Shown here: piece by piece, positions 12,958 through 24,923 of the stretch | Layout: every line of letters starts with the position of its first letter | How positions within the stretch are numbered: the first letter of the stretch is position 1 | Assembly (NCBI GenBank): GCA_964016885.1 | Contig: OZ024740.1 | Location: forward strand, 92,442,001-92,506,000 | Origin: Eledone cirrhosa | Taxonomy: Eukaryota | Direction: 5' to 3' | Length of the DNA: 64,000 nt | The notes under the pieces: generated by a model | What the model was told of the DNA's origin: nothing | Databases searched by the model: none | What the model saw: only the letters and a program-made list of their open reading frames with translations | Made by a program: the position numbers and the translations under genes

Positions 12958-14117
12958 GGCTATAACACCCCACTTGCCTATTTTGTAAGGGGAAACCCCT
13001 GCTTGCCAATGGAGACGTAAGATCTTCTTTTACATTCTTTTATCGCTTCCTCTATATTTCCTCCACCCATCCCTCCCCAGTCCTTCTACCCCAGTTCCCT
13101 TTCTTTGTCGTCGTCTTTTTCTCGCCCACCCGAGGTAGCCCCTCGGTCCTTGTTGCTTCAGTACCACCACCCCTCCCCTATTTTATGAAAGATTTGGCTG
13201 ACTCCGCTTTTTATAGCAGACGTGTTAGACTTCGGATACTTTCCCCCTTCTCCGACCGCTGTCCCTTTTTTCCGTGCCTTCTATATTTCTTAGTGGCATC
13301 TTTGCTTTAATTTCTCGTTTATCCAGTATTTCTTACCTCTTTTTCCCTTTTTTTGGGGGGGGGGTTCTGTATTAATTTTCAGTTCTTTACTTTTACTTCG
13401 TACGATCTTTCATGTAGCTTGTATAAGACTTTTTTGTTTCGTGGCGGTACCCTCAGAGTTAGCACGTGTATTTTTTTGCGGGACCCTGAATTATATTCTC
13501 GTACTAGTTTACTTTCTTGCTCTGGGTGGTTGCTGGCCCTGTGATTGGGGTAGAAACCTTTATTATTTCGTGGTAGTCTCTTTAGTTTTTTGGCGCCCCC
13601 CTTTGTTGACACGTTACCGTACGATACACGCACTTATACCTCGTATAAGGGTCCCTTTAATTCAGTCCCACCTAGTTTATTTTTATTTATTTTTTTATTC
13701 TTAATTATATATATATATATTTTTTTTTTATTTATTTATCTACGTCTTTTATAAACTTATTTGTTTATTTATTTATTTATGTATTTCTTTAGCCTAGCAA
13801 TAGCGAGAGAGTTAAGTCTTAGTAACCATACTTTGCTTATTTTTTTCTCTCTGAGTACTTTTTATAGTTTTATCATTCATTGTTCTACTTACCGTTTCGA
13901 CTTCCTCCCCCTCCTCCTCCCCAGTATCCTCTTTGACCTCACACCCAGCTGTAGCCGGCTCTACCAAGGCATGAATGGGTCTACTCCACCCCTCTTCCAT
14001 TTTCTCCTACCGGCAGATTCAACTACCCCTTCCCCCACCAATTTGCCATCACAGATTTACTACTAACTTGTGATGTGACCAATCCTGGTGATTATCTCTT
14101 TGACCATATATGGGATT

Positions 14118-14211
14118 ACCCCTTGATAAGGTCGGCTATTTAAATACCAGAATAAATTTTCATTCAGTCAAGAATTAGCCGTCGAAACGGCTTGGGCTCA
14201 GCCGTCGTGGT
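14118..14211 (+). ncRNA. Type I hammerhead ribozyme, U3-A8 core variant
   Basis: ACCCC TTGATAA GGTCGGCTA...TAGCCGTC GAAA CGGCT tgggctc AGCCG TC GTGGT. Confidence 0.8.
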
Positions 14212-14307
14212 CTTACTTGTTCCTATTACCCACTCTACTACCCTAAGTATTGAGTACTCTGGTACGTTATGGTCCCCCTGGTTCCTTACCACATTTCCTT
14301 CGTTATA

Positions 14308-14619
14308 TAGCTCCTATCCCCGTAGTAGAGCACTTTCCGACCTTACCACGCCGTATCCAGACTTTTCCGCTAAGCTCAATTTCTTTCACCCGCACCATGC
14401 GAAAACGCAACATCGACTTCTCTACCAAGAACATCCCAATCCCACTGAAAAACTTTACCTTCGGATGCTTACGCAAAAAAATCGATCTATTTGCGAAAAG
14501 ACTTACATGGAGAACTTTTTTCTACGACAGATTTTGCGACAATCAGGACTTCGGTACCAACGAGAGATTCAGATTTATTACCTACAAATCCCCCCCCCCC
14601 CCCCGAACCCTTTGCTCTC

Positions 14620-14623
<4 letters not shown>
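14308..14623 (+). mobile_element. Start of a further tandem Naiad unit, truncated at (TA)n
   Basis: Matches 10701-11012 (MRKRNIDFSTKNIP...), followed by (TA)n 14624-14660. Confidence 0.88.
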
Positions 14624-14660
<37 letters not shown>

Positions 14661-14663
<3 letters not shown>

Positions 14664-15260
14664 AGTTCAACCCCCTTAGCACTCTTGATCCCCCGTTTAA
14701 GTGCTTCTATTGCATGTAACACTCTGCCGCACTATGACATTATATAAACAAGACACACGTGCGTGCCACACGTGTAACTATTGCACTCAATAACAGCTTA
14801 TGACTATCCTATCGCATTAATTTCATGTATTTTAACCTTAATTTTTGATGTTATCCTCTTTTGATATGAATGTAACCTTTTAATGTATACTGCCACACTA
14901 AGTATTATAACGGTTGTCGACCTACCAAGCAACAATGTTTGCATATGTATCTGTATGTCTCTTGGGTTGAAAAGGAGGTCATGTATGTGATCATTCATTA
15001 ATAAATTGCTCCGAAGAATCCAAACCTCGGTTTGGAGGAAACAATTGTAAGCATATACATGATTTGATCAGAACTTTGATTCTTATAACTCATATATAAC
15101 TGCTCTGTAAAACAACTGATGTTATTACATTGAGCTATTTAACTTACTGGTAATAAGGTAGTAATATATTATTACCTATCACTATTTAGGGTTTGTAAAA
15201 ATATATATAACTACAAAAGGTTTTTGTATTTGCATAACCATAAATAGTATCCTTAATACT
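14661..15260 (+). mobile_element. PLE pseudo-LTR, family 2
   Basis: Homologous to 16560-17080 (direct) and 15283-15710 (inverted). Contains an HHR and is flanked by (TA)n on both sides. Confidence 0.75.
15007..15053 (+). ncRNA. Minimal hammerhead, CCGAAGA (U4C) core
   Basis: TGCT CCGAAGA aTCCAAACC tc GGTTTGGAg GAAA CAATTG TA AGCA; palindromic stem III. Confidence 0.75.
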
Positions 15261-15282
15261 ATATATATATATATATATATAA

Positions 15283-16500
15283 ATAACATGAAACAAAGTT
15301 CTGTTCAAATTGTTTCGTCCAAACCTAGGTTTGGAGTCTTCGGAGCAATTGTTCAATGATTGTTTACATACATTACCTTCTTTCCAACACAATAGACATA
15401 CATAAACATATGTATATATCGATGCACAGTGGGTGACATCCATTAGAATATTTTTGCATGGCAATTTAAATTCAAAAATTAAAATCATATTAAAACAAAA
15501 TTAAATTTAAAATACAACATCGGCAGTTTACGAAGATAATGCAAGGGGATAGTTTGTTAGTCATTTGAAGTAGTTAGTGCATGCAATAGTTACACGTGGG
15601 TCATGCACGTGTGTCTTATTTATATAAGATTATTGTTCGGCAAGCTGTTATATGCAATACAAGCACTTTAAGCGGGTAATCAAGAGTATTATGGGGATTG
15701 TATTGGTAAAGTATATTTTTATGTATGATAAAGAAGCTTGTGTGCAGAGAAATATTATAAATGCGAAGTAAAATAATGTTATGGTTTTTGTATACACCAC
15801 CATTTTCACAATCCACGAAACGTAATATATAGATTATATGTCCTTCCCATAATAAACGATGATTCAGTATGGGATGTTTGATGTATTAAGTTAGATTATT
15901 ACAGCTTGTTGCGGCTCAGTGTTCTTTAATCCAATTCTATAGAGCAGGTTGTTTTTGTTGCGAGAATTTACATCGTTTTATTTTCCGGAAGTATGTGTGT
16001 GATTAAGGGGAGGTAATGCGTGAAGGGAGGTAACTAGCTGATTTCTATAACTAAATTTATTATTCAATGTACACGAAAAGGTGTCTCAATTGAGTCCCTT
16101 ATATATATGGTTATATACAGTTTCCAAATTTAAGTATCCTATCTTTAAATTACAGTCTACTCCATCAATAAGTACTAAAGGTATCTATATTCGGATGATT
16201 ACTCCCTATCATAGAGTGCAACAACTGAATATTCCATATGAAGAGTCAGATCTCCATATCAATGATCTTTGTAAATGTAGTCTACTCACAGAACCTGACA
16301 GGGTCTTATTAGAAGCACGTCTATATATAACACCTGGTAAACTCTGGGTCAGCGCATGGCTGAATGCATGCCAGAGTTAAATATCTCTAGGGTAGACCAA
16401 AGAGCAATTCTTACTTACAATGTCATTAATCTGTCTATCAAGTTATACATGTATGTATAACTCATATAACACTTGTACATAATTCATTGTACTCAACATA
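15283..16500 (-). mobile_element. Inverted family-2 pLTR plus a highly degenerate GIY-YIG remnant
   Basis: 15283-15710 is an inverted homolog of 14661-15100. Upstream minus-strand translation shows weak GVIIRI and ILAT motifs. Confidence 0.5.
15308..15347 (-). ncRNA. Hammerhead remnant, CCGAAGA core, 3' side deleted
   Basis: TGCT CCGAAGA cTCCAAACC ta GGTTTGGAc GAAA CAATT. Confidence 0.55.
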
Positions 16501-16559
16501 TAGCTTATATAGCTCTTTTATGTTAATAAATTAATATTGTATTTATCTAATGATTCTAC

Positions 16560-17079
16560 TACATACACAGAACAACATTTGCACAAATAATTCAGTGTTT
16601 AAAGTTTACATATAATAATATAGTTATATAATGTAGTCTAAGTAATTGAAGGTAATTATATTAAAAGTAGATGTACATGGGGATATTTCTAGGGTAAAAG
16701 GTTTTAGATAGATGTCACGAATTGTGTTAAGAGAGGATGGATCATTGAGTGTGGAGTTGTGGTGTAAGGTGTGCCCTTGGGGTGTGTTGCTAGAAAGTAG
16801 GTCATGTATGTCAACAATCATTGAAAAATTGTTCCGAAGACACCAAACATCGGTTTGGACGAAACAATTGTAAGCTAATAAATGGTTTGAACAGAGCTTT
16901 GATTCATGTGATTTCTATATAACTGCTCTGTAGAATAACTGATGTTATTACATTGAGCTATTTATCTTACTGGTAATAAGGTAGTAATAAATTACTGTCT
17001 TTCACTGTTTAGGGTTTAAAATATATATAACTATAAACGGTTTTAGTATATATATAACCATAAATAGTATCCTTAATAC

Positions 17080-17080
<1 letters not shown>
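16560..17080 (+). mobile_element. PLE pseudo-LTR, family 2
   Basis: 16780-17080 aligns with 14960-15260 and has the same 3' end (CCTTAATAC) followed by (TA)n. Confidence 0.7.
16830..16875 (+). ncRNA. Minimal hammerhead, CCGAAGA core
   Basis: GTT CCGAAGA caCCAAAC atcg GTTTGG ac GAAA CAATTG TA AGC. Confidence 0.7.
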
Positions 17081-17110
<30 letters not shown>

Positions 17111-17121
17111 ATATATATATA

Positions 17122-17780
17122 TGATATATTGCTCTGATTATTTAATTTATTAATTCTTCATTGAGCCACAACGTGACCGGTTGCAAGACATATATATCTA
17201 TGACTTTATGTATGTGTAAACCTTATATTTAATAATCTCCCGTTCGCTTAAGATACAATTAGGCGATATTGGGCTGCGCTTTCTAGCAACAAGCCTACCC
17301 GCCGTAAGCAACTAATCACATTCTTTCTAACTTAACCACTGCCACGTCACGATTCTTAGCCATTTTTGAATCTATTTTTGGCGCGATCACTTTGGAAAAT
17401 TAAATGTCTAATTTAGAGTTCGCTCCTGATGTGTCCAAAACTGGACATTTCCTGTTATTGGATGTTTAAAAATACGGACGAAACCATGGTAGAGATGTAA
17501 TTACGGTCGTAACACATTTCTTCTCAGTTTGAATTTACACCTAATTGTGTATGGTTGAGGGTATATTTAGTTAGTTTCCACCTGCTGTTGAAATGTCGGA
17601 TACATACTCTATTTGGGCCACCGCGAAGAGGCCGCTTTCGGTTATTTGTCGAAAATTTCTTCATAGGAGCTTTTATTCATATAGCTTGGTCTAATTGATT
17701 TTTTATATGGTTAATTATGCTAATTGTGAGAAGAAATGGTATATATTTTATCTAGTGATTCTAAGGACATGATTTATGTG
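17122..17780 (+). mobile_element. ~660 bp non-coding HHR-bearing unit (retrozyme-like or solo pLTR), family 3
   Basis: Homologous over its length to 33545-34205 (minus) and in part to 24270-24690. Begins at (TA)n. Confidence 0.7.
17423..17494 (+). ncRNA. Type I hammerhead (A9 mutated)
   Basis: CTC CTGATGT GTCC...GGAC GAAA CCATGG TA GAG. Confidence 0.7.
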
Positions 17781-19096
17781 ATATATATACAATGTTATAT
17801 TTGTGTATATGGAGTGGGTAACCAAGACAGCGTCAACGTGTATATAAATATGCACATTTTTAATATATGAATATGTAATTTGATTTCCAAACGTAATTGG
17901 ATCTTCAACATAAGCTGGGTATATGATCTAACCATATACAGAGGAACACGTATTTTATGCGCTTATACACTCATTCGTTTATTCGTGTACTCTGAAATTG
18001 AGTTACTAATTAGTATAAAAATAGTGCCCATGTTAGTAGGTAATTAGTGTATATATTAAGAAAGGTACGATACATTATACCTGTGTGAGCAAATGTATAT
18101 ATGAATATTAATATATAAAGCTCTCAACCTGCCAGAAAGAAGAATTTCCTTTTAATTCGGTATTTGGTCCTAGTTCTTCATCAGTTGATGTGTATTCAAT
18201 TTAAACAACATGATTAATAGATCAATGTGTTGTTACGGTTATTAATCATACATATGAAATAGATCCGGTTTACATGTTCGTTATTCTTAACATAATGACT
18301 TAATATGTCATATTCCTTCCGGAACACGTAGCATACAATTTTTATTTTCTACTGTAAGTCACATTTTTACTCGTTTTTTTTTTTTTTTTTTTTTTTAATA
18401 CTTGATAAGCGAGACAAACAATACGCTCCAGGAATGCACGCATGTTTTGTTGGATATACGAGGATTCGTATAATTATGAGGTTCGATGCACATTCAACAT
18501 TGAATAATTAAGCAAACAATGAATTCATTTTGTGTGTCATTGTTTGTTGATCTGGCAATTTCACATAAATTGAATGCACTTCATATCGCAAAATACGACG
18601 TAGATAATTTCAATGGTATCTTTCTACTTACTCAAGGATTTCCTAAAATAATTAATTAATTAATCCAAAATGTTAAGTGCTTTCGTAATCAATTAAAACT
18701 GAAACAAGACGAGAATGATTGAAGGTTGAACATCCATTAAAACATATGCTAGAAGGGCTTTATTAGCAGCGGAATCTCAAAGCTATAGATCATGGGACAA
18801 TCTATAATCTAATTGATACAATCGCAGTAAACGTTCAGTAAACGTTCAGTTACATATTTAACAGCACATGCTGTTATCGACACATCCAACCTACCAACCG
18901 GAAATGTATAATAAGTTGAAATAAAAACCAGCGGGGGCGTGTACATTCCTTGGCAGCATGACCCTCCCAAAATATAACAATATATATATATATATATATG
19001 TGGGGATGTTTGTGTGATTATTGTATGCGTATGTATGCGTTTGCGTCTGTGCTTTGCTTCTCTGTGCATGTATATATGAATTCAACTAAGAGTGTG

Positions 19097-19154
<58 letters not shown>

Positions 19155-19169
19155 GTTTTAATATAGATG

Positions 19170-19220
19170 AGATTCTACAGGACTAGAACTGTTTCATTCA
19201 TTAGAAATCATCAGGAATCT
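19170..19220 (-). ncRNA. Type I hammerhead
   Basis: Reverse complement of 20519-20569. Confidence 0.8.
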
Positions 19221-19877
19221 GGGTATCAAAAAATAAAAATGGTATTTATAGGTCTCTACAAGTGGTAGGAGAGGGTGGGGAGTGGGATGGGTGTTGGTCA
19301 TTGGGTGATAGAAAAGGGAATTCATTAAAAGCTAATTCTACAAAGCTATAGTTTATTTTTATTTATTTATGTTTTTAGAGTAACAAGGGCAGACAGAATT
19401 CTATAAACAGGTTCCGGATGGCATACCATTCCTTGTCATTAAGTTTCCCTTAAGCTAACAGATGTCTATAAGATCAGTGGGGGGTCAGTCATGGTCGATA
19501 GTATTAAAGAAAAGGGAGATTCTTTAAAAGCTAAAATCATTAAGGTTCTACTAAGTGACAAGGTTTAGAGAATTCTGTAGACAGATTCAAAATACTGAGT
19601 GCATATCTTACAATTATCTTCGAACTTCTCTTAAACTAATCAACTATATGCCAACAATCAACAGACACATTCACAAAAAAACATACTGACTCACACACTC
19701 ACGCGCAACCATAAACACACATACACATACACATATACATATATATCTATGTGTATTTGTGTGTATATGGATACACATGTATATTTGTGTTTGTATGTAT
19801 GTGTGTGAGTGTATTTATATGTGTATATATGTGTGTGTGTGTGTGTACATATATGTATGTGTGTGTGTATGTATATA

Positions 19878-19942
<65 letters not shown>

Positions 19943-20518
19943 ATGTATGTGTATGCATATAAATATATTTATATATATGTGTGTGTGTTTTTTATGTGTG
20001 TATATGTGTATGTGTATGTGTGTTTATGGTTGCGCGTGAGTGTGTGAGTGAGTATGTTTTTTTGTGAATGTGTCTGTTGATTTTTGGCATATAGTTGATT
20101 AGTTTAAGAGAAGTTCGAAGATAATTGTAAGATATGCACTCAGTATTTTGAATCTTTCTACAGAATTCTCTAAACCTTTGTCACTTGGTAGAACCTTAAT
20201 GATTTTAGCTTTTAAAGAATCTCCCTTTTCTTTAATTCTATCGACCATGACTGACCCCCCACTGATCTTATAGACATCTGTTAGCTTAAGAGAAACTTAA
20301 TGACAAGGAATGGTATGCCATCCGGAACCTGTTTATAGAATTCTGTCTGCCCTTGTTACTCTAAAAACATAAATAAATAAAAATAAACTCTAGCTTTGTA
20401 GAATTAGCTTTTAATGAATTCCCTTTTCTTTTAACCAATGACCTACACCCATCCCACTCCCCACCCTCTCCTACCACTTGTAGAGACCTATAAATACCAT
20501 TTTTATTTTTTGATACCC

Positions 20519-20569
20519 AGATTCCTGATGATTTCTAATGAATGAAACAGTTCTAGTCCTGTAGAATCT
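20519..20569 (+). ncRNA. Type I hammerhead
   Basis: AGATTC CTGATGA tTTC taat GAAt GAAA CAG ttctagtc CTG TA GAATCT. Confidence 0.82.
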
Positions 20570-20651
20570 CATCTATATTAAAACTGTTATACTCTGCTAT
20601 GTATTGAGTACCTTACTTACTGTGGTTACCTCCGATTCAACCCGGAATAAC

Positions 20652-20716
<65 letters not shown>

Positions 20717-21184
20717 AGCAGCCAGATGTGTGGGACTGGTCACATTATCACGTTGAATGATACCAGGTTACCCAAAAGATGATTATATGGGATTTAAATA
20801 CTAGGATTTGTTTTAATATGTTGGCGCGCATGTATATAAGCGTGCGGGTGTGTGGGTGTGCATATGCATACATGTATGTGTATGAGTATATAACTATAAA
20901 TGTGGAAACACAGACACACTTCAGAAATATACTCACAGACATACATTCCGCACAAATACAAATACATTTACACAAACACAAATACATTCACACCAACACA
21001 ACCACGTATACATTCACACAAACAAACCCATACCCATACAGTGTAGCAATTGGAACGCAATTTGCTCTTTTGCTATAGTTTTTCATCCTCCCCATTCTTC
21101 CCTTATCACTCATACATTCACACATACACATACAAACACATATTGTATGACGGACGAAAATCGCTGAAATTTATATATAGATAA

Positions 21185-21315
21185 TTGTATCTACTTTTTA
21201 GCACAACGCCAGCATTTACCCAGTGCATTACTCGTGATTTATTTTATCGACTCCGTAATGTTGAAAGGCAAAGTTAACCTCGGCAGCATTGCAGCTGAGA
21301 ATGTAAAGGGCCATA
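21185..21315 (-). mobile_element. SINE, 3' part
   Basis: Reverse complement of the 3' two-thirds of 1797-1990, diverged. Confidence 0.75.
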
Positions 21316-21746
21316 AGTCTATGATTCAAAGCTTAACGAACTACCGATACTGACAATCCTACCGCACGTTAATGAAACCACATCATAAACTATGTCATTA
21401 GGAATGATTAGAAGATTATCGATAAGAATATTAGAAATTAGGAAACTTTTGCATATAAAAGAATAGCTTGTCGTTGAAACAGTTCTCCATACGAAAGGGG
21501 GTAAGCAGAGAATCCAGAGGATTTCAATCCAACATTTTGATATAATATGTTTGAACGAGTACAGCTTTCTCGAGCTTATAAATAACCAAAATTGCATGTG
21601 TTCGATGAGACATATACTGAGTTTGATGATGTTTTTCCGCGGAGGCCAGATAATAATATTTGTCGTGTCTCGAATAATCAGTTTTTTAATTGGACTGACG
21701 AGACGCTGCAATCGACATGATCAAGGTCGCAATATTCATTTTAATA

Positions 21747-21932
21747 TAATTGTTTCTACTTTAGGCACAATGCCAGCAATTAACCAGTGCATTACTGGTA
21801 CTTTATTTTATCGACCCCGTAAGGATGAAAGGCAAAGTCAACCTCGGTGGGATTTGAACTCAGATCGTAAAGGGACGTAACTATGCTGGAAATCATGGCG
21901 TCCGATCCTCCACCGACACTGCCAATCCACCG
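21747..21932 (-). mobile_element. SINE
   Basis: Nearly full reverse complement of 1797-1990. Confidence 0.85.
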
Positions 21933-22704
21933 ATTGAGAAACGTTGCTGCTGAAGGCACAGTCTTAAGTTCGTCCACTTTGAATAGGTATCGACGAATTT
22001 TGAAGAGTTGGCAATACTCTGAAAATAATCAGTAATCATAATGTATTTGTTGGAGGTTATATATCGGTTTCTCATTTGAGTTTAATATCTTTTTATTTTT
22101 ACATTAACATTATTTGTATTTCCTTTAGTTTCTTTGGCTTGATATATGGTTTAATGTCCATTTATAATGTCACTTAATGTCTAAGATTTTGACCTCTCCT
22201 TTCTGGTTTAATCAAGTTGATCAGGTCGTTAATCTGGATTGCGTTTTAGATTTAGTTAGATTCATATTATTGAGCGTTTTGTATTATTGTCGTGGATATT
22301 AGTATGTCATATGAAGTACTTAATAGGTACCAGGTTGTTTCTAACCGAAACTGTGTGTACTGCTATAGAACATCCAGTTTAATATATTGCTTTTATACAT
22401 TAGGTCTTTGGAGCGTGGAGTAACATATTAGATTATGAACCTATGCCTGAATTTGTGAGTTTGTTTATCGTATTCTACTGGTATTTAATTTCAGTTTCAG
22501 TCAATTGACAGTCATGTTTACGTATATATGTATAACATACATTGATATCATGTTTCCTTAGGTCAAGGATATTATACAACGGATTAAATTTACCATTATG
22601 GGATCGTACACATTTGCATTTCATCCTATTCTGAGATAATTTTGGGAATGAATAATTTATATAATGTTAAATTCAAATCTATTTACCTTTCTTATGTAAA
22701 CAAA

Positions 22705-23930
22705 TACGATTCTAGCTGAATTTATATTTGTATTAAACTCCAGAGTCTTACATTTAACCTGTTAATAATTCTATTGGCAGATTAATTGCATAAGTTTATT
22801 TAAAAACATTCCTGGTTGAGTGCTTATTCGATCCGTGCTATCTATGCAATTTGTTTTATGATATATACATACTGAATTCATTTGCCAACACCTGGGGAAT
22901 TTCACCTTGTGAGTTACACATGTGCTTTTACAAAGTTCTGCGTCACTCACAATGTTGGTTACAGAGCAAAATACATGTTGATAACGTGATATTCCTTGTT
23001 AGATCTTTATGTTGAAAGTTTATAGTTTTAAGCAGACAATATTATTGTTTTAGGTGTGATAGAAACCCTGCATTTGGATTTCACCATCAATTCCAATTGG
23101 GTCCAGGTCTGTTTTTATCATTTATTCTGTTTGCCCTGTTTTGCTTGATTTATTTTTTGGCTTAGGTGGTTAATGCCGTCTTGACAACTTTTCAGTTTGT
23201 ATGAGGTTTTAACATATTGTTTAGCTCCTGTTTTCTTAACTATTGAACAGCTTGCCAGCATTTCTACGATTTTCAGTTTCGTCTCGCTTTTTCTACCAGC
23301 CGAAATACGATTCTCGCTGAATTTATATTTGTATTAATCTCCCGACTCTTACAATTAACATGTTAATAATAATATTGACAGATTAATTGCATAAGTCTGT
23401 TTTAAAAACTATCCGGTTGTGTGCTTATGTGATTTGTGCTATCTATGCAAGTTTTCGTATTATATACACATACTGAATTCATTTGTCAAAATCTGGGGCA
23501 TTTCCCTTGTGAGTTACACATGTGCTTTTACAAAGTTCTGCGTCACTCACAATGTTGGTTACAGAGCAAAATACATGTTGATAACGTGATATTCCTTGTT
23601 CAATATTTATGCTGAAAGCTTATAGTTTTAAGCAGACAGTATTATTGATTTAGTTATCATAGAAACCATGCATTTGGATTTTACCCTCAATTCCAATTGG
23701 GTCCATGTCTGTTTTCTATCATTTATTTTGTTTGACCTGTTTAGCTTGACTTGTTTTTTGGCTTATGTGGTTAATGCTTTCTTGACCATTTTTCAATTTG
23801 TATGGCGTTTTAACATATAGTTTAGCTCTAGTTGTCTTAACTATTGGATCGCATGCCAGCATTTCTACGATTTTGCGTTTCGTTTCGTTTTTTTACCAGC
23901 CAAAATACGATTCTCGGTGAATGTATATTT
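22705..23930. repeat. Tandem repeat, ~600 bp period (2 units plus start of a third)
   Basis: TACGATTCT..GAAT.TATATTT recurs at ~22705, ~23306 and ~23907. The block at 22910-23000 recurs at 23510-23600. Confidence 0.9.
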
Positions 23931-24001
23931 ATATGTAGTATATAAATATATATATATATATATAGTATATATATATATATTGTATATATATATAGTATAT
24001 A

Positions 24002-24192
<191 letters not shown>

Positions 24193-24269
24193 ATATATAC
24201 TATATACTATATACTATATACTATATATATGTATATACTATATATATATATACTATATATATACTGGTT

Positions 24270-24690
24270 GCCAAAACATATATATCTGTGACTTTGTCTA
24301 GTTTAGTGTATATGAACATATTTATATTTGATAAACTCCAATAAGGTTGAGATGCAATTTAGGCAATACTGGGCTGCGCTTTCTAGCAACCAGCCCACTC
24401 GCCGTAAGGCACCAATCACATTATTTCTGAATTGACCACTGCCACGTCAGACTTCTTAGACATTTTGAATTCGTTTCTGGCGGGGATCATTTAAGAAAAA
24501 TCTGTGTCTAAGTGAGTTTGTTTCCTGATGAGTTCGTAGCTCGAGAATTTATCCTTGACAGGATATTGCCGAAAGTGAACGAAACCCTAAAGTTTAGAAA
24601 CCTAATCCTGGTATGTGTATGTGCATGTTTTCTTCTAAATTTAATTTTATACATAATTGCTCAAGTGTTTTAAAGAGCAAGTGTTAAAAC
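24270..24690 (+). mobile_element. Diverged family-3 HHR-bearing unit
   Basis: Shares GGGCTGCGCTTTCTAGCAAC...GCCGTAAG...ACCACTGCCACGTCA with 17270-17350. Flanked by (TA)n. Confidence 0.7.
24521..24600 (+). ncRNA. Type I hammerhead, extended stem II, stem III partly decayed
   Basis: TTTC CTGATGA GTTC...GAAC GAAA ccctaaagtt TA GAAA. Confidence 0.7.
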
Positions 24691-24745
24691 GATCAAATTC
24701 TAGTTTAAAACATTTAATAGTATATATATAGTGTATATATATATA

Positions 24746-24805
<60 letters not shown>

Positions 24806-24850
24806 AGTATATATATATATATATTATTTATGTGTACAGTATATATATAG

Positions 24851-24923
<73 letters not shown>

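Larger units (their letters stand above)
10701..14307 (+). mobile_element. Naiad-type PLE, copy C (full ~3.6 kb tandem unit)
   Basis: Head-to-tail with copy B. The HHR-to-HHR period is ~3605 bp and contains the whole ORF. Confidence 0.93.
19154..20652. repeat. Inverted pair of PLE pLTRs (family 4) around a (TG)/(TA) tract
   Basis: 19154-19740 is a near-identical reverse complement of 19995-20585. Both outer ends abut (TA)n. Confidence 0.9.

Noticed and set aside
21380-21740. Possible PLE linker/GIY-YIG relic on the plus strand (IGLTRR)
   Set aside because: Only a faint motif; a profile search is needed.
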